DNA of 64,000 bases from Anaeramoeba ignava BMAN (taxonomy: Eukaryota > Protista > Anaeramoebae): assembly GCA_028826165.1 (NCBI GenBank), contig JAPDFW010000062.1:155644-219643 (forward strand), given 5' to 3'. Positions 44,601-55,400 of this stretch are shown piece after piece. The position numbers and the translations under genes are program-made. The notes beneath the pieces were generated by a model. That model saw only the letters and a program-made list of their open reading frames with translations. It did no database searches and was not told the DNA's origin. How positions within the stretch are numbered: the stretch's first letter is position 1; every line of letters begins with the position of its first letter.

Positions 44601-47600
44601 AATCAAAATCAAAAAAATCAAAATCAAAATCAAAATCAAAAATCAAAATCAAAATCAAAATCAAAAATCAAAATCAAAATCAAAATCAAATTAAAAAATC
44701 AAAATCAAAAATTTAAAATAAAAATCAAAAATTAAAAAAAAAAATCAAAATAAAATCAAAATCAAAAATAAATTATATCACATTGAAATAAAAATAGAAA
44801 ATAGAAAATGAAATTGTTCAAAAATCAAAGGAATCAAAATAAAAATTAAATCAATGAATAATTTCCCAAATAATATTCAAGAAAATGGATGTTTAGCTTT
44901 AAAAAATCAAATCAAAATGAAAATAAAAAATCAAAATCAAAATCAAAATCAAAATCAAAACCAAAATCAAAATCAAAATCAAAATCAAAATCAAAATCAA
45001 AATCAAAATCAAAATCAAAATCAAAATCAAAATCAAAATCAAAATCAAAAGAAAAATGTAAAAATCAAAATCAAAATTAAAAAAAATCAAAAATCAAAAT
45101 CAAAATCAAAATCAAAATCAAAATCAAAATCAAAAATCAAAATCAAAATCAAAATCAAAATCAAAAATCAAAATTCAAAATCAAAATCAAAATAAGATCA
45201 AAATCAAAATCAAAAATCAAAAATCAAAATCAAAATCAAAATCAAAATCAAAAATCAAAATCAAAATCAAAATCAAAATCAAAATCAAAATCAAAATCAA
45301 AATCAAAATCAAAATCAAAATCAAAATCAAAATCAAAATCAAAATCAAAATCAAAATCAAAATCAAAATCAAAATCAAAATCAAAATCAAAATCAAAAAA
45401 TTAATTTATATTTTTTATTGAAATAAAAATAGAAAATAGAAATAAAATTGTTGAATTAAAAGGAATTGAAATAATAATTAAATCAATGAATAATTTCCCA
45501 AATAATCAAGATATTCAAGAAAATGGATGTTTAGCTTTAAGGAATCTTACTATTGAAGAAAGTAAATTTATTTTTCTTAAATCAAAATCAAAATCAAAAT
45601 CAAAATCAAAATCAAAATCAAAATCAAAAAAATAATTTATATTTTTTATTGAAATAAAAACAGAAAATAGAAATAAAATTGTTGAATTAAAAGGAATTGA
45701 AATAATAATTAAATCAATGAATAATTTCCTAAATAATCAAGATATTCAAAAATATGGATGTTTAGCTTTAGCAAATATTGCTGTTGGAAATGAAAGTAAA
45801 TTTATTTTTCTTAAATCAAAATCAAAATCAAAATCAAATTGAAAATCAAAATCAAAATCAAAAATTATATTTTTTATTGAAATAAAAATAGAAAATCAAA
45901 ATAAAATTTCCGAATTAAAAGGAATTGAAACAATAATTAAATCAATAAATAATTTCCCAAATAATTTCAAAATTCATCAATGGGGATTTTTAACTTTACT
46001 TAATATTTCTGATAATAATGAAGGTAAACAATTAAAATCAAAATCAAAATCAAAATCAAAATCAAAATCAAAATTAAAATCAAAATCAAAATCAAAATCA
46101 AAATCAAAATCAAAACCAAAATTAAAATCAAAATCAAAATATAAATCAAAATCAAAATCAAAATCAAAATCAAAATCAAAATCAAAATCAAAATCAAAAT
46201 CAAAATCAAAATCAAAATCAAAATCAAAATCAAAATCAAAATCAAAATCAAAATCAAAATTAAAAATCAAATTCAAAATCAAAATCAAAATCAAAATCAA
46301 AATTAAAATTAAAATCAAAATCAAAAACCAAAATCAAAATCAAAATCAAAATCACAATTAAAATTAAAATCAAAATTAAAATCAAAATTAAAATCAAAAT
46401 TAATTTATATTTGTTATTGAAATAAAAATAGAAAATACAAATGAAATTTCCGAATTAAAAGGAATTGAAATAATAATCAAATCAATGAATAATTTCCCAA
46501 AAGTATCAAAAATTCAAGAATATGGAAGTAAAATTTTATTTAATTGTTCTTTTTCAAATAAAGGTAAAAAAAAGAAAAAAAGTTTTTTTAAAGAATTAAA
46601 AAACCAAAAACAAAAAAAAATGAAATGATAATTAATTTGAAATAATATATTTTGTTTAAATAGAAAATCAAATGAGAATTAAAGAATTAAATGGAATTGA
46701 AACAATTAAAAAAGCAATGAATATTTTTCCAAATCATAAATTAATCCAAAAATTTGGAATTTTAATAAAATTCAATTTAAATCCTGAAGATAGTAATTTA
46801 AAAAAATTAAAAAAATTAAAAAATTAAAAAATTAAAAAATTAAAAAAATTAAAAAATTAAAAAATTAAAAAATGAAATCTTTTTTTTTTGAAATAGTAAA
46901 TCAAAATGAATTAATTATAATAAAAGGATTTAATGAAATTGAAAAAATGGAAGAATCATTATCATCATCATCAACTTTAGAAGATCCAAATTTTCTCTCA
47001 AAAATTGATATTTTAACCAAAAAAATTAACAAAATGAAAAAAGGTAAATTAAAATCAATTTCCAAAAAAAAAGAAACCAATTTATTTAATTAAATAATTT
47101 TTTACATAATTTTTCCAAAATAGAAAAAATAAATAAACAAAAAAATGATATTTGGGAATTTGATATGAAAATGTTTCCTTCAAATAAACATCAACAATTT
47201 CAAAAAATTGAAATGAAATTAATTGAAATTGAAAATGAAAATGAAAATGAATATGAATATGAAAACGAAAATGAATTTCAAATCAAACAAATTGTTTCTT
47301 CAACCCGTTTCAAAAATTTCCTTTATTATAATGAACAATTATTTGAAGAATCAAATCAAAATTCAAATAAACGAAAAAAAATTGGAATTGAAAATATTAA
47401 AAAAGTATCTGTTGGATTTGATATTGAAACAATTTTAACAAGAGAAGGAAAAGTATTTGCAAAAGGAAAAAGAATTAATTTAAATTTACTGAATGAATAT
47501 ATTGAAATATCAGAATTGATCAAAGATAGAAAAGAAGAAATAATTGAAGATATTATTTGTGGGAAAGATTCAGTTTATTTATTAAGTTCAAAAAAAAATG

Positions 47601-48892
47601 TTTATGGAATTGGATCAAATGAATATGGGCAACTTGGAATAAATTTACCTAAAAAAGTTGAAGAACCAATTTTGATGAAACAAGATATTTACAAAATATT
47701 TTCAGGAAATTGCTCAAATGGAGTTTTTCTTTTAAATTCCAAACAAGAATTATTTTCATGTGGAGATAATAAATATGGACAACTTGGATTAGGAACAAAA
47801 ATATTTTCCAATGCTACATCATTAATTCAAATCGAAAACATACCAAAAGGCAAAATAAATGATATTCAAATGGGAATTTTTCATTCTATAATGATGATTG
47901 AAGAAGAAAATGGAAAAAGAAAACTTTATTCATGTGGTCATCATTTATATAATGGACTTGGTGAAAATGAAATGATGAAAGAATTCAAAGAAATCAAAGC
48001 AAATTTGATTGAAAATGATAATATTAAAGAAATTTCAGTTGGTAAATATCATAGTTTGATCTTAACAACACAAGGGAAATTAATTGGTTTTGGACAAAAT
48101 GAAAATGAAAACCAAAACCAAAATTTAAATCCAAATGAAATTATATTATTTCAAATTAAAGTTCCAGATTTATTATTATATGATATTTCTAGTTATCATA
48201 TATTTTGTGGAGTTGAAAATTCATTTCTTTATTCTGCATTTTTTTCAAGTTTTACAGATGATTTTCTTCAATTATTCAAAAGAAAAGAATTTTGTGATGA
48301 TATTTTTACAACGAAGAATGGAGAAATCATATCAGCACATAAATTAATTCTTGAATTTCGAATAGGAAGTCAAATTGAAGAATTTCGAGAAACAATAACA
48401 GAAAAAACCATTGAAGAAGCAAATCAAATATTTGAAATTGTTTATGGAAATACGAAAATTGAATCAGAAGAATTAAAAAATCAAATAATTGAAGGATTTA
48501 ATATATATATTCCAATGACAGAATCGATATCAGAAATATATTTTGAAGAAAAATCAAAAGATTTGATTATTTTGGGGAAAGAAAAAAACATTACATTTGA
48601 TAAATTAATATTGATTGCCAGAAGTAAATTATTTCGAGATAAATTTTTATTAATGAATGAAAAAGAATTTAAAGAATATAAAGAATTTAAAGAAAATATT
48701 CAAATAAGTGATAAAACAATTGAAATTATGAAATATTGGATTTATACAAATCAAATTGAAGAAGGAACTGAAATTAACAGAGAGGTATTACAAGAATTAA
48801 ATGAAGCAAATTCGTATTTCCAATTAAATCAATCAATTCCAAATTTAATTGATTTAGCAAATGAAATATTTAATGAAATGAATGAAAAATGA
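35683..48892 (+). CDS. Armadillo-repeat array - RCC1 - BTB protein with one ARM repeat per exon
   Basis: Exons 35683-35731 and 35845-35952 (cap); clean ARM exons 36301-36429, 37392-37523, 38190-38318, 38603-38731, 39564-39692, 40155-40280, 42068-42196, 42472-42600, 45433-45561, 45664-45795, 45892-46023, 46432-46563, 46664-46792; damaged ARM exons starting 39212, 40516, 40885, 41326, 42843, 43113, 43575, 44344, 44798; linker 46897-47043; last exon 47124-48892 (RCC1 [21 protein letters not shown]; [14 protein letters not shown]). Phase-1 GT-AG introns throughout. Confidence 0.85.
35955..46400. repeat. Higher-order tandem array: ARM exon plus (AAAATC)n intron with conserved ends
   Basis: Repeated donor flank GTAAATTTATTTTTCTTAAAT and acceptor flank TTATATTTTTTATTGAAATAAAAATAG around (AAAATC)n cores of variable length. 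Confidence 0.95.
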
Positions 48893-50110
48893 AATTCAAA
48901 TTCAAATTCAATTTCAAAATCAATTTCAAATTCAAATTCAAAACCAATTTCAATTTTAATTTCAAATTCAAATTCAAAATTCAATTTCAATTTTAATTTC
49001 AAAATTAATTTTAAATTCAATTTCAAATTCAATTTCAAATTCAATTTCAAAATTAATTTTAATTTCAAAATCAATTTTAATTTTAATTTCAATTTTAATT
49101 TCAATTTTAATTTCAATTTTAATTTTAATTTCAAAATCAATTTTAATTTTAATTTTAATTTCAATTTCAATTTCAAATTCAGATTCAAAATCAATTTCAA
49201 TTTTAATTTTAATTTTGATTTTAATTTCAAAATCAATTTTAATTTTAATTTTAATTTTAATTTTAATTTTAATTTCAATTTTAATTTCAAATTTAATTTT
49301 AATTTTAATTTTAATTTTAATTTTAATTTTAATTTTAATTTCAATTTTAATTTTAATTTTAATTTTAATTTTAATTTTAATTTTAATTTTAATTTTGATT
49401 TCAATTTTAATTTTAATTTTGATTTTAATTTTAATTTTAATTTTAATTTTAATTTTAATTTTAATTTTTAATTTTAATTTTAATTTTAATTTTAATTTCA
49501 AATTCAATTTTAATTTTAATTTTAATTTTAATTTTAATTTCAAAATCAATTTTGATTTTAATTTTAATTTTAATTTTAATTTTAATTTTAATTTTAATTT
49601 TAATTTCAAATTCAATTTTAATTTAATTTTAATTTTAATTTTTAATTTTAATTTTAATTTAATTTTAATTTCAATTTTAATTTTAATTTTTAATTTTAAT
49701 TTCAATTTTAATTTTAATTTTAATTTTTAATTTTAATTTTAATTTTAATTTTAATTTTAATTTTAATTTTAATTTTTAATTTTAATTTTAATTTTAATTT
49801 TAATTTAATTTTTAATTTTAATTTTAATTTTAATTTCAATTTTAATTTTAATTTTAATTTTAATTTTAATTTTAATTTAAATTTTAATTTTAATTTTAAT
49901 TTTTAATTTTAATTTTAATTTTAATTTTAATTTTAATTTTAATTTTAATTTCAATTTTAATTTCAATTTTAATTTTAATTTTAATTTTAATTTTAATTTT
50001 AATTTCAAATTCAAAATCAATTTCAATTTCAATTTTAATTTTAATTTTAATTTTAATTTTAATTTTTAATTTTGATTTTAATTTCAATTTCAATTTTTTC
50101 AATTTTAAAA
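48893..50110. repeat. (TTTTAA/TTTCAA)n intergenic satellite
   Basis: Direct inspection. Confidence 0.93.
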
Positions 50111-50187
50111 AAAAAATTAAAAAAAAAAAACAAAAAACTTTTTTCATTTTTTTCATTTTTTTCATTTTTTTTTTCATTTTTTTTTAA

Positions 50188-51851
50188 ATGGAACTTGGAC
50201 CAAAAGGATTTTATAATGCACCTTTTACAAAAACACTTTTTGTTTTAATTATTTTTTTTTCAGCAATGATCACAATTTTAAATATTAATCCTAATGATTT
50301 ATCAATTAATTTTGAAAGTGTTTTAAAAAAATTTGAATTATATCGAATATTTTCATCACAAATATTCTTTTTAACACCATCTGAAACACTTTTTGGAGTT
50401 TTATTATTATATTATTTTAGAAGTTTTGAAAGACAAATGGGAAGTTCAAAATTTATTTTATTTTGTTTTTTAAGTTTTATACAATCTTTAATACTTCAAT
50501 TAGCATATCTTGTGATTCATCCTCGTTTATTTATTCCTCCTGGACCGTAAATTTATTTACAATTTATTAATTAATTTATTAATTAATTTATATTTATTTA
50601 TTTATTAATTAATTTCTTAATTAATTTCTTAATTTATTTATTTATTAATTTATTTATTAATTTATTTATTTATTAATTTATTAATTTCTTAATTAATTTC
50701 TTAATTAATTTCTTAATTAATTTCTTAATTAATTTCTTAATTAATTTATTAATTAATTTCTTAATTAATTTCTTAATTAATTTCTTAATTAATTTATTTA
50801 TTAATTTCTTAATTAATTTATTTATTAATTAATTAATTAATTTATTTATTAATTTCTTAATTAATTTATTTATTAATTTATTTATTAATTTCTTAATTAA
50901 TTTATTTATTAATTTCTTAATTAATTTATTTATTAATTTCTTAATTAATTTATTAATTAATTTATTTATTAATTTATTAATTAATTTATTTATTAATTTA
51001 TTTATTAATTTATTAATTAATTTATTAATTAATTTATTTATTTAATTATCAATTTATTTATTAATTAATTTCTTAATTAATTTCTTAATTAATTTCTTAA
51101 TTAATTTATTAATTAATTTATTAATTAATTTCTTAATCAATTTCTTAATTAATTTCTTAATTAATTTCTTAATTTCAATTCAAAATTTAAAATTAGTTAC
51201 GGAATTATTTTTAGTTGCTTTGTTCTATTTTATTCACAAATTCCATCAACACAAGAATTTTTCCGATTTTCAAGATTTCGATTAACAAATAAAATATTCT
51301 TTTATATAATTGGAATACAAATATTAATCATCTTATCACAAAGATCATTAATACCATTTTTCTCAGGAATAATACCAGGATTGATATATGTTAGTGCACA
51401 AAAAATCCGAAATATAAATATTCCAGTTTCAATACAAAATTTAGGAGAGAGAAGAATACTTCCATTGATACAAGAAAGATCAACTACAAGCCGAATTAAT
51501 ACAAATTTACATCAAGAACAAATAACTGGAGAAAATGATATTCAAAATATTTTCCATTTTGACAATAATGGAAATGATAATGATGATAATGATAATCAAG
51601 ATAGAAGAGGAAGAAGAAGAAGAAATCAAAGAAATCCTAATTTGGTTCAAAGACAAAGAGCCAATTTAACAGATATTATTAATTTTCTTGAGCAATATCA
51701 ACCACAAGAGTTAGATTCAAGAGAACAAGATCAAACTGAAGAAAATATTCAAAAATTAATTGAAATGGGTTTTGAAAGAGAAGTTGCTCAAAATGCTTTA
51801 GAACAAGCTGGTGGTAATTTAGATATTGCACTGAATCATTTATTGAATTAA
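50188..51851 (+). CDS. UBAC2/Dsc2-like rhomboid pseudoprotease with C-terminal UBA; exons 50188-50546, 51197-51851
   Basis: GPKGFYNAPFTK, YRIFSSQ, YYFRSFERQMGSSKF, PGP|YGIIF across the intron, UBA (IQKLIEMGFEREVAQNAL..AGGNLDIALNHLL). Confidence 0.88.
50550..51180. repeat. (TTAATTAATTTC/TTTA) repeat filling the UBAC2-like intron
   Basis: Direct inspection. Confidence 0.9.
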
Positions 51852-52300
51852 ATTTTGAATTTTGAATTAAATTGATTTGAATTTGAATTAAATTTGATTT
51901 AAATTGATTTGAATTAAATTTATTAAAAATTGAATTTAATTGAATTTAAATTTGATTTGGATTGAATTTTGAATTTAAATTTAATTTGATTTGAATTTAA
52001 TTTGAATTAAATTTGAATTAAATTTGGATTTGATTTGAATTAAATTTGATTTGATTTGAATTGAATTTAATTGAATTTGATTTGATTTGAATTTAATTTG
52101 ATTTGATTTGATTTGAATTAAATTTGAATTGAATTGAATTGAATTTGAATTTAATTTAAATTGATTTGAATTTGAATTAAATTTCGATTTAAATTGATTT
52201 GAATTTGAATTAAATTTCGATTTAAATTTGGTTTAATTTAAATTTAAATTTGGATTGAATTTAAATTGATTTGATTTGATTTAAATTGATTAAAAATTGA
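51852..52300. repeat. (TTTGA/ATTGA) degenerate intergenic repeat
   Basis: Direct inspection. Confidence 0.85.
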
Positions 52301-52423
52301 TCACATTTTTTTTTAATAAATAAAAAAGAAAAGATTTTTTTTAATTTTTTTTAATTTTTTTTATTTTTCATTTTTCATTTTGTTTTAATCCCCTTTTTAA
52401 TTAAAAAAAAAAACAAACAAAAA

Positions 52424-55400
52424 ATGACAACGTTTGAAACAAAGCATCAAATAAAAGAAATATATGTTTGTGAAGATTCAACAACAGATTTTTCATTATC
52501 AGGAGATAACGATGAAGAATTAAAATCAGATTACTTTGAATTTCTTAAAAGCTTAAAAAATAAAAGTCTTTTTGGTGAAATGAAAACTCGAAAAAGATAC
52601 ACTCGTTTTCATCTTCAAAAAACTCTTCAACTTATGGGTTATAAACCTCATCATGCTCTTAGAATTACTGGTAAATTATTTTTATTTTTATTTTTATTTT
52701 TATTTTTATTTTAAAAACAAAAACAAAAACAAAAACAAAAAAGAAGAAAAAAATTTTTTTCTTACTTTTTTATTCAATTTCAATTAAAAAAACTAATTAA
52801 TATTTCTTTTTATTATTCTTATTATTCTTATTTGGAATTTAAAATCAATTTCAACTTATAAATCAATTTCAATTTCAATTTCAATTTCAACTTCAACTTC
52901 AACTTCAATTTTTTTCAAATAAATAAAATTTCAGATTTTTAATTTTTAATTTTTATTTTCATTTTTCATTTTGTTTCAATTTCTTTTTAATTAAAAACAA
53001 ACAAAAATTTCAATTTCAGTTTTAAAGTTTCAAATAAAACTTCAATTTATGTTTGTGAAGATTCAGTTTCAGATTTTTCATTATCAGGAGATAACGATGA
53101 AGAATTTAAAGTTTCAGATTACTTTTCAATTTCTTAAAAGCTTAAAAATAAAATTTTTTTTTGGAAAATGAAAATAAAAAAAGTTTATAAATCTCGTTTT
53201 CATCTTCAAAAACTTTCAACTTATGGGTTATAAACCTCATCATGCTTCTTAGAATTACTTTCAATTATTTTTATTTTTTTAGTTTTTATTTTTATTTTAT
53301 TTTAAAAGAACTTTCAAAACAAAACAAAAAGAAGAAAAATTTTTCTTTACTTTTTATTCAATTTCAATTCGGCTTTAAATTAATATTTCTTTTTATTTTC
53401 TTATTATTCTTTTCAATTTAAATCAATTTCAATTTCAACTTATAAATCAATTTCAATTTCAACTTCAACTTCAACTTCAATTTCAACTTCAATTTCAATT
53501 TCAATTTCAATTTCAACTTCAATTTCAATTTCAATTTCAATTTCAACTTCAATTTCAATTTCAATTTCAATTTCAATTTCAATTTCAATTTCAACTTCAA
53601 TTTCAACTTCAACTTCAATTTCAATTTCAATTTCAATTTCAATTTCAACTTCAACTTCAACTTCAACTTCAATTTCAATTTCAACTTCAATTTCAACTTC
53701 AACTTCAATTTCAATTTCAACTTCAATTTCAATTTCAATTTCAGCTTCAGTTTCAGTTTTCAATTTCAATTTCAGTTTTCAATTTCAACTTCAATTTCAA
53801 GCTTCAACTTCACTTTTCAATTTCAATTTCAATTTCAATTTCAATTTCAACTTCAATTTCAATTTCAACTTCAATTTCAACTTCAACTTCAATTTCAATT
53901 TCAACTTCAATTTCAATTTCAACTTCAACTTCAACTTCAATTTCAACTTCAATTTCAATTTCAACTTCAATTTCAACTTCAATTTCAATTTCAATTTCAA
54001 CTTCAATTTCAATTTCAATTTCAATTTAATTTAATTTCAATTTCAATTTCAATTTCAATTTCAATTTCAACTTCAATTTCAACTTCAATTTCAATTTCAA
54101 TTTCAATTTCAATTTCAACTTCAATTTCAATTTCAACTTCAACTTCAATTTCAATTTCAATTTCAACTTCAATTTCAACTTATAAATCAATTTATAAATC
54201 AACTTATAAATCATTTTATAAATCAACTTATAAATCAACTTATAAATCAACTTATAAATCAACTTATAAATCAACTTATAAATCATTTTATAAATCAACT
54301 TATAAATCAACTTATAAATCAATTTCAAAAAAATTGATTCCTAATCTAAATGCAATTCTAAACTCGAAAAATTGATCCCGCATTCGAAAACTGAAAATAT
54401 TAATTATTTATTTATTTAAATGGAAAACAGAACTTACATTTGATGTTCTTGAAAATCCAGAAGATCATGATTTGGAAAAAATTCTAAACTTAAACGAACA
54501 ACTTGTTCAAGAAAAAAAGAAAACAAGAAAAAGAACAATAACATTAACAAGACATCAATTTCTAAGTTTGGTTTACTATACATTAACCAATTATCAAGGT
54601 TCAACACGAAATTTACTTCTCAATTTTTGTATTTCGTGTGAAATTCATGAAAATCGTCTTTCATTCACAATTCTTTTAAGTGGGACAAGTGGATGTGGAA
54701 AAAGGTATATGAATATTTATTTAAAATATTTACATTTAAAATATTTATTTAAAATATTTACATTTAAAATATTTACATTTAAAATATTTACATTTAAAAT
54801 ATTTACATTTAAAATATTTACATTTAAAATATTTATATTTAAAATATTTATTTAAAATATTTACATTTAAAATATTTATTTAAAATATTTACATTTAAAA
54901 TATTTATTTAAAATATTTACATTTAAAATATTTATATTTAAAATATTTATTTAAAATATTTACATTTAAAATATTTACATTTAAAAATATTTATTTTTAT
55001 TTATATTTAAAATATTTATTTAAAATATTTACATTTAAAATATTTATATTTATATTTTTTTATTTACATTTAAAATATTTATATTTTTTTATTTACATTT
55101 AAAATATTTTTATTTATATTTAAAATATTCATTCTAGTACATTGTCTTCACTTCTTGCAAGTAGAATGGGGATCACAAACCTTCTTTCAACTGATTCAAT
55201 TAGACATATTATGAGGAATTTTGTTTCAGCAGATGAAAATCCTCTTTTATGGGCATCAACATATAATGCAGGAGAAAGTATCCAAAATGTTGAAAATCTC
55301 ACTGCAAAAGAAAAAGTTCTCAAAGGATACAAACTTCAGTGCTCACTTGTTTATGAAAAATTAGATGAAGTCATTTCCTCTTTCGAAAATTCAAATAGCG

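Noticed and set aside
36240-46450. Repeat-spacer periodicity resembling a CRISPR array
   Set aside because: The conserved units are ~129-nt coding exons with splice sites, the spacers are microsatellite rather than unique sequence, there are no cas genes, and the context is eukaryotic
48893-50110. Telomeric or centromeric satellite
   Set aside because: The same TTTTAA-type repeat fills ordinary introns and spacers throughout; it is not G-rich and nothing marks this tract as special
35906-54328. Dozens of ORFs made of (IL)n, (KI)n, (NQ)n, (SK)n, (FD)n, (KL)n
   Set aside because: They are translations of stop-free hexamer satellites in introns and spacers, mostly opened at TTG; not genes
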